Shown here piece after piece: positions 1 through 12,997 of a DNA stretch of 64,000 nucleotides (positions within the stretch are counted from its first letter, which is position 1; every line of letters starts with the position of its first letter). Origin of the DNA: Candidatus Avispirillum faecium (GTDB taxonomy: Bacteria > Bacillota > Clostridia > Oscillospirales > CAG-272). The position numbers and the translations under genes are program-made. The DNA is taken from positions 16,959 to 80,958 of the forward strand of contig CAJFOI010000034.1 in the NCBI GenBank assembly GCA_904396155.1, written 5' to 3'. Under the pieces are notes generated by a model. It was given only the letters and a program-made list of their open reading frames with translations. It made no database searches and had not been told where the DNA came from.

Positions 1-46
1 TCGGGAAATTTTTCAGATAAAATTCACAAAAAAATTCTTCTGGGGG

Positions 47-75
47 TGGAAAATGGACAGACAGTATGGTATAAT
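47..75 (+). promoter_or_regulatory. candidate sigma-70-type promoter for the 167..1882 gene
   Basis: Extended -10 TGGTATAAT (67-75), weak -35 TGGAAA (47-52), 17-nt spacer. Lies about 90 nt upstream of the start codon. Confidence 0.4.
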
Positions 76-166
76 CTAAAAATTAGAAGGGTGTTCCTGA
101 GTTACATGCCCTTGGAATGCTCCATGGTCGGGTAACTGGACACAAAAAAGAAAGGCGGACAAATCA

Positions 167-1882
167 ATGGGCAAGGAAAAGCGCAGCGGCGGTGCCGAAG
201 ATATCCTGGCGACCGGCTCAAAAAAGAGTTTTACCAAAAAGAAAGAAGGAAAGGCCAAAAAGGTCGTGACTATCGTCGCCGTTGTACTGGCGATTGTGAT
301 TGTCTTTGGTGTTCTTGCCGCATATGGGATTTACAGCAGCGGCATCATTCAGCGGAACATTGTCGCCGCACAGAGCGAGCACTACGAAGTCACTGCGGCA
401 ATGATGACATATTTCTTTAATTCTACCTATCAGACTTATGCAAATGGGTATGCTTCCTATTTGGATTCCATCGGGCTGGATACGTCCAAGCCTCTCAGCG
501 AGCAGCAGTATACAGAGGAGCAGACCTGGTTTGACCAGATGATGCAGACGACAAAGCAGCAGGTGCAGGAGACACTGGTGTTGGCAGAGGGCGCTTATGA
601 TCAGGGCCTGGAGCTCACCGATGCGGACCGGGAGGAGATCCAGGAGCTGCTGTCCAATTTCGATACCTATGCTGCAAATTATAATGTGACGACCGAGTAT
701 TATATCAAGAACGTATATGGCGCCAGTGTGACCAAGAAAGATATCGAAAAATGTCTGGAGCTTTCCTATCTTGCGGAGGCGTATCACGACTATTTGATGG
801 ATCAGTATACGTACAGCGAGGAAGATTGGAACACCTATTTTGATGAGAACAACGACACTTTTTTGAAGGTGGATTACCTCTCTTACACCTTTGAACCGCT
901 GGAAGAGGAAGAGACGGAGACAACAGACACAACGGCTGCGGATACAACGGCTGCCGAAACAACGGGAGCAGATACAACACAGGCGAGTGAGACCACCGGG
1001 ACCGAGGACACGACGGGAGCGGAGGAGACCACTGGAACAGAGGAAGAGACTGTGGATCCGGCAGTAGATGCGGAACTGAAAGCCCATGCGGACGCGCTGG
1101 CTGCGACAAAAACGCCGGATGAATTTTACGCATATGTGCGCTCTTATCTCACCGACGTCGTTTATGCGGGAATGGACGAAGAAGCGCTGGAAGAAGAATC
1201 CATTGATATCGACAGCCTGGTAGAAGACTGCCTTGTCGAGGGACGGACAAAGTCCGGCGAGTCTGATTTTAACACGTGGGCATTTGATGCTGCCCGGGCT
1301 CCGTATGAGGTGTTTACCGATTCTCATGAGCACGACGACCATCAGGATTATACGGTGTACATGATCCTGCCGGCTGCAGAAGATTCCGATTTGGATTACG
1401 CATGTATGTACAGGGATACCTATCATTTGAAAAACTATCGCTATATCCCTGTGAAGCTCAGCGACAATAACGACGATCAGGAAACAGCTCGTACAACAGC
1501 AGAGGCAATCCTTGCCGAATATGAGGACAAGGGAACGGAAGAGGCATTTGCAGAGCTTGCTTCCATTGAAAAATACGGAGATGGCCGGTATGATGGCGGC
1601 CTGCTGGAAAATGCAGATTACAATGCCCTTTCAGAGACGGTGGACACATGGGTATTTGATTCTGCCCGCCAGCCGGGTGATACGGAAATGATTTTTGTAG
1701 AGGATGACGGCTACTACATTCTGTATTTCTCCGGAGAGGGCGCGATCAAGTGGCAGAGTCTTGCAGACAATGCGCTGAAAAACCAGCAGTATCAGGAAGA
1801 TTATGAGGCCCTTGCGACTGAAACGGCAGTGACCTTCAAATCCAAGGGAATCTCTCTGGTGCAGGAAGTCAGACTTGCGTAA
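167..1882 (+). CDS. membrane-anchored extracytoplasmic protein, possibly a PrsA/SurA-like foldase-domain protein (function uncertain)
   Basis: 571-aa ORF. Basic N-terminus followed by a single hydrophobic helix (VVTIVAVVLAIVIVFGVLAAYGIY), then an acidic Thr/Glu-rich linker. The C-terminal part resembles degenerate parvulin-type chaperones by eye only. Confidence 0.6.
   Translation: MGKEKRSGGAEDILATGSKKSFTKKKEGKAKKVVTIVAVVLAIVIVFGVLAAYGIYSSGIIQRNIVAAQSEHYEVTAAMMTYFFNSTYQTYANGYASYLDSIGLDTSKPLSEQQYTEEQTWFDQMMQTTKQQVQETLVLAEGAYDQGLELTDADREEIQELLSNFDTYAANYNVTTEYYIKNVYGASVTKKDIEKCLELSYLAEAYHDYLMDQYTYSEEDWNTYFDENNDTFLKVDYLSYTFEPLEEEETETTDTTAADTTAAETTGADTTQASETTGTEDTTGAEETTGTEEETVDPAVDAELKAHADALAATKTPDEFYAYVRSYLTDVVYAGMDEEALEEESIDIDSLVEDCLVEGRTKSGESDFNTWAFDAARAPYEVFTDSHEHDDHQDYTVYMILPAAEDSDLDYACMYRDTYHLKNYRYIPVKLSDNNDDQETARTTAEAILAEYEDKGTEEAFAELASIEKYGDGRYDGGLLENADYNALSETVDTWVFDSARQPGDTEMIFVEDDGYYILYFSGEGAIKWQSLADNALKNQQYQEDYEALATETAVTFKSKGISLVQEVRLA
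901..1050 (+). repeat. low-complexity Thr/Glu/Ala/Gly-rich coding repeat (TTDTTAADTTAAETTGADTT...TTGTEEET)
   Basis: Imperfect reiteration of ACN-ACN-G(C/A)N codons, visible directly in the DNA and in the translation of the 167..1882 ORF. Confidence 0.8.
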
Positions 1883-1904
1883 GGCACGTAGGTCTGAAGG
1901 ATAA

Positions 1905-1938
1905 GGGGATCGGGTGAGCGCCCGGTCCCCTTTGCTTT
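1905..1938 (+). terminator. intrinsic terminator after the 167..1882 gene
   Basis: GGGGATCGGG-TGAGCG-CCCGGTCCCC stem followed by TTTGCTTT. Confidence 0.6.
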
Positions 1939-1979
1939 AGAAGGAGGTCTGAAAAAATATCCAAATTTATAAAAAAGGC

Positions 1980-2008
1980 TTGCAAACTGTGCCGTGGCAA
2001 GATATAAT
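1980..2008 (+). promoter_or_regulatory. sigma-70-type promoter for the GH20 gene
   Basis: TTGCAA (1980-1985), 17-nt spacer, TATAAT (2003-2008). Confidence 0.6.
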
Positions 2009-2061
2009 AGGTTGACTTGGAAAGACTGTGAATCCATTATCATAAGAAAGGCTTGTATCCT

Positions 2062-3846
2062 ATGAAAATCATACCCACACCAGTAAGTATTGAAGAAAAG
2101 CAGGGGACGCTGACGTTGTCCTCTCTGCGGGATTTGCGGATCGCAGACGGAAGTGACCGGCGAATCACAAAAATTGCGAATACCCTGAAAGGCGAGATCG
2201 AGGAGCTCACCGGCACCCATATCAGAATGAAGATCAGCAGCTGTGGCTGCACCGACGGCGGCATTTATATTTCTCATGGAGAGAGTGGGGAAGGATACAC
2301 TCTGTCTGTGATGAAAAACGGCATCGAAATCCAGGGGCAGGGCGCGCAGGGTGCCTATTACGGCGTGCAGACGCTGCGGCAGATCATTCACGAATACGGG
2401 GACACGATCCCCTGCTGCACCATTGAGGACGCTCCTGACTTTCCGGAGCGCGGCCTGTATCACGATGTAACCCGGGGCCGTGTACCCACACTGAAGCAGC
2501 TTTGCCATATTGCGGATATGCTGGCGTATTATAAGATCAATCACCTCCAGCTGTATGTGGAAGATGCCTACGAATTTGTGGAATACGACGGGATCATGTC
2601 TGCAAAGGACGTGCTGACAGCGGAGGAGATTCTTGCCCTGGACGACTACTGCTATGACAATTTTATCGAATTGGTACCGTCTCTGGCCACTTTTGGACAT
2701 CTGTACAACCTTCTGCAGAGTGAAAAATATCGCCATCTGTGCGAACTTCCGGATTACAAGCCCACCCAGGTATATTGGATCGAGAAAATGGCCCATCACA
2801 CCATTGACGTTTCCAATCCGGAAAGCATTGAGCTGATCAAAAGTATGATTGATCAGTTTATTCCCTTGTGCCGGTCCAATCGGTTCAATATCTGCTGCGA
2901 TGAAACCATGGATTTGTGCCGCGGACGCAATGCCGGCAAGGACCCTGGGGAAGAGTATTTTAAGTTTTTGTCCAAGATTATCGCCCATGTAAAGTCCAGA
3001 GGCAAGACGGTAATGATGTGGGGCGACATCGCTCTGGAGCATTCAGATAAGCTCAGCCAGATTCCCGCAGATACCATCATGCTCAACTGGACCTATGAAA
3101 AAGACCCTGATGAGGGAAAGGTGAAGGCCTTTGCCGATGCAAATCTCAAGCAGATCGTGTGCCCCGGTACTTCCAGCTGGAACCGCTTTGTCGAGGAGAT
3201 CGACCGTTCTGAGGGAAATATCACAAAGCTTGTAGAGTACGGTGCAAAGTACGGTGCTCTGGGCGTTTTGAATACCAACTGGGGAGACTTTGGAAATATC
3301 TGTTCCTTCAACTGTTCTCTATACGGTATTGTGATCGGCGCAGAGAAGGGATGGAACGCAGACGGCAAGCTGACACCTGCCTTTGAGGAGGCGGCCAGTT
3401 CGCTCTTGTACGATTCCGATGAAGTCAATATGATCGAGATCATCCGCACCATGGGCCGGTGTGAGCGTACCTGCGACTGGATGGAATTTATGTACTGGTA
3501 CAGTGCGAACACCGTGGAGGGCAGAAAGACGGAGTTTTCCCTGGATGTGGAAAAGGCCATTGCAAACATTAAGACGCTGGACGGAGTGATGGACACCATT
3601 CGCTCCGTATCCGAGACAGACGAGCGGTTTGTAGATTTGCTGCTGGCCTGCCGGGCGATTCAGCTGATGAATCAGGTGTGCCTGCGGATCAACAAGGTAG
3701 AGGGATACCTGGACGGAGAAAAGCTTCGGGAACAGTTTGAACAGTGGCTTGTGGGATACCGAGCCGCATGGCTCCGGGACAACAAGGAGTCTCAGCTGGA
3801 GCTGATTGCGGACTTTGTGCGGGAGATCTCCTGCATGGAGGTTTGA
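2062..3846 (+). CDS. glycoside hydrolase family 20-like beta-N-acetylhexosaminidase, cytoplasmic (no signal peptide)
   Basis: N-terminus MKIIPTPVSIEEKQG, EDAPDFPERGLYHDVTRG, INHLQLYVED and the CCDET acid pair are typical of GH20 enzymes. The ATG at 2062 is preferred over the TTG at 2053 because of the AGAAAGG ribosome-binding site about 10 nt upstream. Confidence 0.8.
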   Translation: MKIIPTPVSIEEKQGTLTLSSLRDLRIADGSDRRITKIANTLKGEIEELTGTHIRMKISSCGCTDGGIYISHGESGEGYTLSVMKNGIEIQGQGAQGAYYGVQTLRQIIHEYGDTIPCCTIEDAPDFPERGLYHDVTRGRVPTLKQLCHIADMLAYYKINHLQLYVEDAYEFVEYDGIMSAKDVLTAEEILALDDYCYDNFIELVPSLATFGHLYNLLQSEKYRHLCELPDYKPTQVYWIEKMAHHTIDVSNPESIELIKSMIDQFIPLCRSNRFNICCDETMDLCRGRNAGKDPGEEYFKFLSKIIAHVKSRGKTVMMWGDIALEHSDKLSQIPADTIMLNWTYEKDPDEGKVKAFADANLKQIVCPGTSSWNRFVEEIDRSEGNITKLVEYGAKYGALGVLNTNWGDFGNICSFNCSLYGIVIGAEKGWNADGKLTPAFEEAASSLLYDSDEVNMIEIIRTMGRCERTCDWMEFMYWYSANTVEGRKTEFSLDVEKAIANIKTLDGVMDTIRSVSETDERFVDLLLACRAIQLMNQVCLRINKVEGYLDGEKLREQFEQWLVGYRAAWLRDNKESQLELIADFVREISCMEV

Positions 3847-3854
3847 CTTGGAAA

Positions 3855-3885
3855 AAGAGGAGGGATTTTCCCTCCTCTTTTGTTT
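3855..3885. terminator. bidirectional intrinsic terminator (GH20 gene on +, V-ATPase operon on -)
   Basis: AGAGGAGGGA-TTTT-CCCTCCTCT stem with an A-run on the 5' side and a T-run on the 3' side. Confidence 0.75.
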
Positions 3886-3944
3886 CATATTCCCAGTAAT
3901 AAGGTGCCGTAATGTAAGATATCCCCTTTGGAGTTTTTTCGTAC

Positions 3945-4141
3945 AAACTTAAGCTGCCTTCCCTCCGTCTTCACATATGCGAAGACATGCCCCCGGAGAT
4001 GCTGCGCATCTCCCCTCAAAGGAGCCTGCACTTATTAAGCTTTCCCTGGGAAGGGGGAGGTATCAGCGTAGCTGACGGAGGGGTTGTTCAGAGGACAATC
4101 CCTCACCCGCTTCGCGGGAGCTCCCTTTACACAAGGGAGCC
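3945..4141 (-). repeat. mosaic hairpin-module repeat cluster A (same family as clusters at 24490 and 30120, here in minus orientation)
   Basis: Contains the reverse complement of modules found at 24720-24810. These include GGCTCCCTTGTGTAAAGGGAG, the 24-mer CCCGCGAAGCGGGTGAGGGATTGT (4095-4118), ACAACCCCTCCGTCAGCTACGCTGA (4053-4087) and the GGAGATGC-GCA-GCATCTCC hairpin (3995-4013). Confidence 0.85.
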
Positions 4142-4813
4142 TTTGTCCTCTTCCGTTACGGCGCGCCTTGCTTCTATTTGTGCCCGGATCATCATATCCT
4201 TCACTTTCATAAGTCTGGTCTGCGCACCCCGCTCATTTTCGTCCAGCTTCATGGAAATCGTCCTGACTCCCGCTTCATACTGGGGGATCATGATGTGTTC
4301 CAGTGCATTGACTCTGCGGCGTGTTTTCTCTATTTCATCGCACAGCAATGTGGCGGTTTTTTCCAGCTGCGCCAGACGGATGAGCTGCGGGGATGTCTGA
4401 CAGATTTGTTTTACGGCATCGTCCAGTGCCGCAGAGGTGAAGGCGTATCCGTAACCCGCACCGCCGGCATCCGAAGCTTGTATTGCTTCGTATTGAAATA
4501 CCGGCACATTCACGCTCATGATGTTTTTCTGTTTTACCGTCAGTTTTCCCTGTATTCCCGGCAGCATCAGTGCCTCTGTCATCATTCGCGGCTCCATCTG
4601 GGCGGCTGCTGTGGAAAAACTGGAGTATACACCGCCCAACTGTATACTGAGCGTCTCCCGCAGGGCTTTTGCCTGGCGCACGGTGTCCAAAAACTGCCGC
4701 ATCAGCTCATCGCGTTTGTCTTTTAGAAGCTTGTGCCCCCGCCGTGCCGTGATCAGGCGGCTTTTCAACTTTTTCAGTTCCATTCTGGTGGGGTTGACTT
4801 TGATCTCGGCCAT
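4127..4813 (-). CDS. ntpD: V-type ATP synthase subunit D
   Basis: MAEIKVNPTRMELKKLKSRLITARRGHKLLKDKRDEL is a canonical V/A-ATPase D N-terminus. Last gene of the operon. The final codons and the TAA stop lie inside repeat cluster A. Confidence 0.95.
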   Translation of the reverse strand: MAEIKVNPTRMELKKLKSRLITARRGHKLLKDKRDELMRQFLDTVRQAKALRETLSIQLGGVYSSFSTAAAQMEPRMMTEALMLPGIQGKLTVKQKNIMSVNVPVFQYEAIQASDAGGAGYGYAFTSAALDDAVKQICQTSPQLIRLAQLEKTATLLCDEIEKTRRRVNALEHIMIPQYEAGVRTISMKLDENERGAQTRLMKVKDMMIRAQIEARRAVTEEDKGSLV

Positions 4814-4829
4814 ATTTGCAGCCCGCCTT

Positions 4830-6230
4830 TCATTGGCCGGATGCTTCCTCCACCGGCCAGTATTTGTCCAGGATTTGCGGTTTGATTCGCTTCATTTCGC
4901 TTCGAGGCAGGATCCGCAGCAGGGACCAGCCCAAATCCAGTGTCTCTTCGATGGTGCGGTTTTCATAAAACCCTTGATGGATATATTTTTTTTCGAATGC
5001 ATCGGAAAACGCCGCGTACAGACGTTCCAGCGGTGTCAAAGCCGCTTCGCCCAAAACGACCATCAGCTCTTTTGCATCCCGGCCGCGGGCATAGCTGAAA
5101 AACAATTGATTCATGGTGTCTGCATGATCTTCACGGGTTTTTCCTTCCCCGATTCCTTTGTCTTTCAGGCGGGAGAGTGAAGGAAGCACATCGACGGGAG
5201 GAAGGTATCCCTTGTGGTACATCTCCCGGGACAAGATGATCTGCCCTTCTGTGATATATCCCGTGAGGTCCGGAATTGGGTGGGTTTTGTCATCTTCGGG
5301 CATGGTCAGAATGGGAATCATGGTGATGGATCCCTCGCTGCCCATTTTACGGCCTGCACGTTCGTACATGGTGGCAAGGTCCGTGTACAGGTAGCCCGGG
5401 TATCCCCGTCGTCCGGGGACCTCTTTGCGAGCGGCCGATACCTCCCGCAGCGCTTCCGCATAGTTGGTGATATCGGTGAGGATCACCAGCACATGCATGT
5501 TGCAGGTGAACGCCAGATACTCTGCGGCAGTAAGTGCCATTCTGGGTGTTGTGATCCGCTCGATGGCCGGGTCAGATGCCAGGTTGATAAACAGGACCGT
5601 GCGGTCCAGCGCGCCGGTTTTTCTGAAATCGGAGATGAAAAAATCTGCTTCTTCAAAAGTGATGCCCACTGCGGCGAAGACTACGGCAAATTTGGAGTCA
5701 TCTGTTACGCCGCCGGTACGCACCTTTGCCTGGCGGGCAATTTGTGCTGCAAGATCTGCGTGGGGCAGGCCGGAACCGGAAAAGATGGGAAGCTTCTGGC
5801 CGCGGACCAGTGTGTTTAGGCCGTCGATGGTGGAAATACCTGTTTGAATGAATTCGGAGGGGTAAAGCCTTGCTGCCGGATTGATAGGTGTGCCGTTTAC
5901 GTTCAGCGTTGCTTCCGGCAGGATTTTCGGACCGCCGTCGATAGGCTCTCCCATACCGGAGAACACTCGTCCCAGCATATCCCGGGATACAGGCAACTGT
6001 ACGCCGTGACCGGAGAAGCGCACCTTGGAGTTTGCCACATTGATTCCCGCTGCGCTTTCAAACAGTTGTACCAGTACGTTGGAACCGTCAATTTCCAATA
6101 CCCGGCACCGGCGAATTTCGCCGCCGGGCAGTTCGATTTCTCCCAGCTCGTCGTATTTTACACCATCTACCTTTTTCACCAGCATCAGCGGACCGGCAAC
6201 TTCTTCGATGGTTCTGTATTCACGGATCAT
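4830..6230 (-). CDS. ntpB: V-type ATP synthase subunit B
   Basis: 466 aa. Has typical non-catalytic B-subunit sequence ([37 protein letters not shown]). Confidence 0.97.
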   Translation of the reverse strand: MIREYRTIEEVAGPLMLVKKVDGVKYDELGEIELPGGEIRRCRVLEIDGSNVLVQLFESAAGINVANSKVRFSGHGVQLPVSRDMLGRVFSGMGEPIDGGPKILPEATLNVNGTPINPAARLYPSEFIQTGISTIDGLNTLVRGQKLPIFSGSGLPHADLAAQIARQAKVRTGGVTDDSKFAVVFAAVGITFEEADFFISDFRKTGALDRTVLFINLASDPAIERITTPRMALTAAEYLAFTCNMHVLVILTDITNYAEALREVSAARKEVPGRRGYPGYLYTDLATMYERAGRKMGSEGSITMIPILTMPEDDKTHPIPDLTGYITEGQIILSREMYHKGYLPPVDVLPSLSRLKDKGIGEGKTREDHADTMNQLFFSYARGRDAKELMVVLGEAALTPLERLYAAFSDAFEKKYIHQGFYENRTIEETLDLGWSLLRILPRSEMKRIKPQILDKYWPVEEASGQ

Positions 6231-8005
6231 TCCCCGTCGCTCCCTTCTGCAGCCTGCACAAGCATTTCCAACTGCCGGTCGATTTCTTTTCGAATCTTTG
6301 TGTACTGCTCTTCAAACTGATCGGCCGCTGCGGCTTTTGCGCGCCCGATTTGCTCCCGCACCGGCAGTTCGGAAATTTTTTGTATATCTGCGCCTTTGTC
6401 GATGGCTTCTTCGGCTTTTTCTCCGAAATACAGGATCAGAGATGCCAGTGCATACTGCTGCTGCAGGGGCGTGTAAGCATCCGTGTCGGAGAAGGCATTT
6501 TGCTGGAGGTAATCTTCCCGCAGGCTCTGGGCCTGTTCCAATGTCAGCCGATCTCGGGGAGACAAGGCATCCATGCCCACCAGCTTTACGATCTCGTCCA
6601 GTTCCGCCTCCGCCTGCAAAAGACGGGCGATTTCTCCGGACTGCCGGGTCCAGTTCGGATGTACATTTTCCGAAAACCACCTGTCCAGGCGGTCCTTATA
6701 CAGGGAATAGGACCGCAGCCAGTTGATCGCCGGAAAATGGCGCCGATAGGCGAGACTTGCATCCAGTCCCCAAAATACTTTTACGATTCGCAGTGTTGCC
6801 TGAGACACGGGTTCGGAGATATCTCCTCCCTGGGGAGAGACAGCTCCGATGGCGGAAAGGGACCCCCTGCGGCCGCCGCTGCCCAGGCACACGACATTTC
6901 CCGCCCGCTCGTAAAATTGGGACAGGCGGGAGGTGAGGTATGCAGGGTATCCCTCGTCGCCGGGCATCTCCTCCAGCCGCCCGGACATTTCCCGCAGCGC
7001 CTCTGCCCAGCGGGAGGTGGAGTCGGCAATGACCGCTACGGAATACCCCATATCCCGAAAGTATTCCGCGATGGTAATTCCTGTATATATGGAAGCTTCT
7101 CTGGCGGCTACAGGCATGTCGGAGGTGTTGGCGATGAGGACTGTGCGTTTCATGAGAGACTCTCCGCTTCTGGGATCGATGATGCCCGGGAATTCTCCCA
7201 GCACGTCTGTCATCTCGTTGCCCCGTTCTCCGCAGCCGATATATACCACCAGATCTACGTTGCTCCATTTTGCCAGCTGGTGCTGCACCACCGTTTTGCC
7301 GCTGCCGAAAGGTCCCGGCACACAGGCGGTTCCCCCTTTGGCGATGGGGAACAGGGTGTCGATGATCCGCTGCCCTGTAACCATCGGCTCGTAGGGGGAT
7401 AGCTTTTCCAAATAAGGCCGCGCACGGCGTACCGGCCATTTCTGCATCAGCGTGAGGGGGACTTCTCCCTCGTCCGTTTCCAATATGCCAATGCGGTCCG
7501 TGACGGTATATTCTCCGGAAAACAGCTCCCGGACCGTACCGCGCATCCCAAAGGGGACCATGATTTTATGGCGGATAACCGCTGTCTCCTCTACATATCC
7601 GAGGATATCACCGGGCTCCACTGGGGTGCCTGCTTTTACTGTGGCGTTGAATTTCCATTTCTTCTCTCGGTCCAGAGAGGGCACGGAAACACCCCGTGTG
7701 ATGTTGGATCCGTACAGCTCCCGCATTTTCTCCAGGGGACGCTGAATGCCGTCATAGATGTTCGTGACCAGGCCAGGTCCAAGTTCCGCAGACAGGGGCG
7801 CACCGGTAGACACCACCCGCTCGCCCCGGCCCAGTCCCGCTGTTTCCTCATATACCTGGATGGAGGCCCGGTCTCCGTGCATTTCAATGATCTCGCCGAT
7901 GAGCTGGTGCTCTCCCACGTGGACCACGTCAAACATATTGGCTTCTCGCATACCTTCTGCGATCACCAGAGGTCCCGATATTTTTACGATTTTTCCCTCT
8001 ATCAT
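6227..8005 (-). CDS. ntpA: V-type ATP synthase catalytic subunit A
   Basis: 592 aa with Walker [13 protein letters not shown] overlap with ntpB. Confidence 0.97.
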   Translation of the reverse strand: MIEGKIVKISGPLVIAEGMREANMFDVVHVGEHQLIGEIIEMHGDRASIQVYEETAGLGRGERVVSTGAPLSAELGPGLVTNIYDGIQRPLEKMRELYGSNITRGVSVPSLDREKKWKFNATVKAGTPVEPGDILGYVEETAVIRHKIMVPFGMRGTVRELFSGEYTVTDRIGILETDEGEVPLTLMQKWPVRRARPYLEKLSPYEPMVTGQRIIDTLFPIAKGGTACVPGPFGSGKTVVQHQLAKWSNVDLVVYIGCGERGNEMTDVLGEFPGIIDPRSGESLMKRTVLIANTSDMPVAAREASIYTGITIAEYFRDMGYSVAVIADSTSRWAEALREMSGRLEEMPGDEGYPAYLTSRLSQFYERAGNVVCLGSGGRRGSLSAIGAVSPQGGDISEPVSQATLRIVKVFWGLDASLAYRRHFPAINWLRSYSLYKDRLDRWFSENVHPNWTRQSGEIARLLQAEAELDEIVKLVGMDALSPRDRLTLEQAQSLREDYLQQNAFSDTDAYTPLQQQYALASLILYFGEKAEEAIDKGADIQKISELPVREQIGRAKAAAADQFEEQYTKIRKEIDRQLEMLVQAAEGSDGE

Positions 8006-8023
8006 AGCTTTGCCTTTCCCGTG

Positions 8024-8338
8024 TTATGCATCCCGAAATATGATGTCCGCTCCCACAGCCCGCTCCACGGCACGCTTCAGCTGTGCCGTTCCATATCCGC
8101 TTTCCATTTCAGGCAGCGTAACGATGGCTGGCAGTGTGTCGGCGGACAGCTGAGCGATCTCCTCCTCTAATTCTCCTGCAAGGGCAGCGGTGATATAAAG
8201 AATTGCACAGCCTTCCGATTTCCCTTTCTTCAGCGCTGTCAGCGCCGCGCGGCTGTCCCCTGCGTCGTATACGGTAAAGCCGGCTGCCATGAAAGCCAGC
8301 ACCTGGTCCTTTGGACCGACGACTCCAATTTTATACAT
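8024..8338 (-). CDS. V-type ATP synthase subunit F
   Basis: MYKIGVVGPKDQVLAFMAAGF is a typical F-subunit start. I chose the internal ATG at 8338, which gives an 8-nt overlap with the subunit C stop, rather than the 8401 ORF start. Confidence 0.85.
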   Translation of the reverse strand: MYKIGVVGPKDQVLAFMAAGFTVYDAGDSRAALTALKKGKSEGCAILYITAALAGELEEEIAQLSADTLPAIVTLPEMESGYGTAQLKRAVERAVGADIIFRDA

Positions 8339-9320
8339 GTACCTCACGCAGCCTTTCCCGAATTTTGTCATCGTCTTTGCTGGAGGTAAAACGGGCAGCA
8401 AGAAGTCGTCCGTTCATCAGTTCCGCCTCCCGGATCAGCAGGTAGCGGATGACGACCTCCGGCCCGAAAGCCTTGAACCGATAGGGCAGACACGCCAGCA
8501 GGAGCGCATCGTCAAAAATTTTTTCGACTCTCCCTGGCTCTTTCCCAAGGGCGCGGCGCACGGCTTTTTTTACATCGCCATCTTCCAGGCTCTCATAAAT
8601 CTGCGCTATATCCTTGCAGCCGGTTTCTTCGCTGTACAGCGCGGCACGGTCTACCTGTCCGCCGGGGACGAAGGCACGCAGCAAAAGCGTCCATGCGGCT
8701 TCCGGAGGCATGCCGCTTTGTCGGATCCGCAGACATGCCGATATATTGACAAAGTCTGCCCGCATGGAGACGATTTGCATCATCAGCGGGATACCGCCGG
8801 CTTTTGCACTTTCCTCCATGTCTGCAAAGCAGGCCCGATCCAGCGACAGATCGATGCAGCGTGCCTCCCCAGTTTTTGCATATTCCAGGCGCACCGCCGC
8901 TGCAGCCTCTCCCATTGCGCGGGGAAGGCCGTGGAACACATCTTTTTGCAGGCATTCCTGTATCTGTGCAGGAGGGATCGTACCGCAGGTGTAAAATCTG
9001 TCATAGGACCGGTACCCCATAGCAGCACATTTGACGGCGGTTTTTATATTTGTACAGTCGTATTTGTAGAGAAGGGGATAAAATACGGGAAAGTCGGGGA
9101 CGGCCGTGCGTACTCTTTCTACCGCATCGTGAAATGCCCTGTCGAAGACTGCTTCCCCCGGGGTGGGTAGAGGGGTTTGAAATATATCTGCCACAGTTTG
9201 ATACAACTGCTGCGGGGATGGCGCTTCCAGCATTCGTGTCAGCCGCTCAGCGGACGTCCCCAGCCCTTCGCCGGCCCGCAAAAAGGAAGAGGAAAACAGA
9301 TAATCCGTATCGGACAGCAT
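8331..9320 (-). CDS. ntpC: V-type ATP synthase subunit C (d-type)
   Basis: Position in the operon and length (329 aa). The ATG at 9320 has a strong ribosome-binding site (GGAAAGGAG, 9-nt spacing). The GTG at 9362 is an alternative start. Confidence 0.85.
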   Translation of the reverse strand: MLSDTDYLFSSSFLRAGEGLGTSAERLTRMLEAPSPQQLYQTVADIFQTPLPTPGEAVFDRAFHDAVERVRTAVPDFPVFYPLLYKYDCTNIKTAVKCAAMGYRSYDRFYTCGTIPPAQIQECLQKDVFHGLPRAMGEAAAAVRLEYAKTGEARCIDLSLDRACFADMEESAKAGGIPLMMQIVSMRADFVNISACLRIRQSGMPPEAAWTLLLRAFVPGGQVDRAALYSEETGCKDIAQIYESLEDGDVKKAVRRALGKEPGRVEKIFDDALLLACLPYRFKAFGPEVVIRYLLIREAELMNGRLLAARFTSSKDDDKIRERLREVHV

Positions 9321-9358
9321 GGCTGCGGGCTCCTTTCCTTTGCTTTTTCTTATAAAAA

Positions 9359-10048
9359 TCACTTGCTTTCTTTAGAATCCTGAGGCACAAACAGGATATT
9401 TATAACGGTTTCTTCCATACATTCCCGCATGCCGCGCACCACCGTCTCTACAGAGCAGTTGGATTCTATATCTCCATAGCGCAGGATCAGCCCGCCGCGG
9501 ATGGACACGGTTTCCTGGGCGAGGGTGATTTTTGTTTTTTCCAGTTGAGGAGACATTCGTCTCAAAAAGGTTTTTGCAGCCTTGATTATTAATGGTCCAA
9601 GCTCCTGATCCTTTTCATTCAACAAAAGCTGAAAATCCGTGTCGGCGGCTTCTTTTTCGCCGTACATTTCCCCAAGACGCTGTGCAGTCTGTACCTGTTT
9701 CGCCGCTGCGTCTGCGAGCAAATGCGCTAAAAATACGCAGTAGTCCTCCTTGGACAATGCATATAAGTAATTTTCTGCCTCTACAAATGCGCGGGACAGC
9801 ATGCCGACTTTTGCGGCAAGCAAAATTTCCCGCTGCTTCATATCGGCAGTGGAGGCCGCCCGCTGGGCGGCGACTTCCTTTTCTCTCTCTGCTCTGGCGC
9901 GGGCGGCCTCCAGAATCGACTGCTCTCGTGCTTCCGATTCCCGCTGGATTGCGTCGCATTCCTGCCTTGCCGATTCCAGGATTCTGTCTGCGTCCATCTG
10001 GGCCTGGGAGAGGATCTTCTCTAAAATTTTATCTAAATTGTGCATCAT
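9359..10048 (-). CDS. ntpE: V-type ATP synthase subunit E
   Basis: 229 aa. Long charged coiled-coil N-terminus (Ala/Glu/Arg-rich) with a globular C-terminus. Position between K and C. Confidence 0.85.
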   Translation of the reverse strand: MMHNLDKILEKILSQAQMDADRILESARQECDAIQRESEAREQSILEAARARAEREKEVAAQRAASTADMKQREILLAAKVGMLSRAFVEAENYLYALSKEDYCVFLAHLLADAAAKQVQTAQRLGEMYGEKEAADTDFQLLLNEKDQELGPLIIKAAKTFLRRMSPQLEKTKITLAQETVSIRGGLILRYGDIESNCSVETVVRGMRECMEETVINILFVPQDSKESK

Positions 10049-10063
10049 GTGCTTGCCTTGCCG

Positions 10064-12517
<2,454 letters not shown>

Positions 12518-12527
<10 letters not shown>

Positions 12528-12847
12528 TTTTCAAAAATCCCCCGTATGATCTCGTTGACGGCAGTGTGCATGTTTTCCTCTGCCGCCGCAACAATCTTCT
12601 TTGCCTGTCCCCGGGCCTTTTTTTGTGCGGCATCGATGTGCGCGTCTGTTTTTCTTTTGCTTTCCTCTTCTCCAATGGCGGCGATCTGCCGTGCCTCTTT
12701 TTGCGCTTCTTCTATTTTATCAGCCGACGCCGCACGGGCGGCAGCGATCGACTGCGCCGCCTTTTGTTTTGCGGCCGCTGTGATCTCTGCGGCTTCTGCT
12801 TCCGCCGCGTGTATTTTTTCCATGACTTCCTTTGTATTGCCAGCCAC
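12518..12847 (-). CDS. V-type ATP synthase peripheral-stalk subunit (G/H-like, NtpF-like)
   Basis: 109-aa Ala/Glu/Lys-rich helical protein, first gene of the operon, as in ntpFIKECGABD. GTG start; an ATG 8 codons downstream is an alternative. Confidence 0.7.
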
Positions 12848-12923
12848 AGCGTTTCATCCTTTCCGTACTGTTCGGTCTGCGGTACAAGGAATTCACACAG
12901 ACCATGCATTTATACTTTGGATT

Positions 12924-12952
12924 ATTATACCATGTTTTTTTAGCATTTACAA
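12924..12952 (-). promoter_or_regulatory. sigma-70-type promoter of the V-ATPase operon
   Basis: On the minus strand: TTGTAA, 17-nt spacer, TATAAT, preceded by TGG (extended -10). Confidence 0.65.
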
Positions 12953-12997
12953 CAAATAAAAGGAATTTTTGGGAAACTTTCTTGTGATGTTTGGCAT

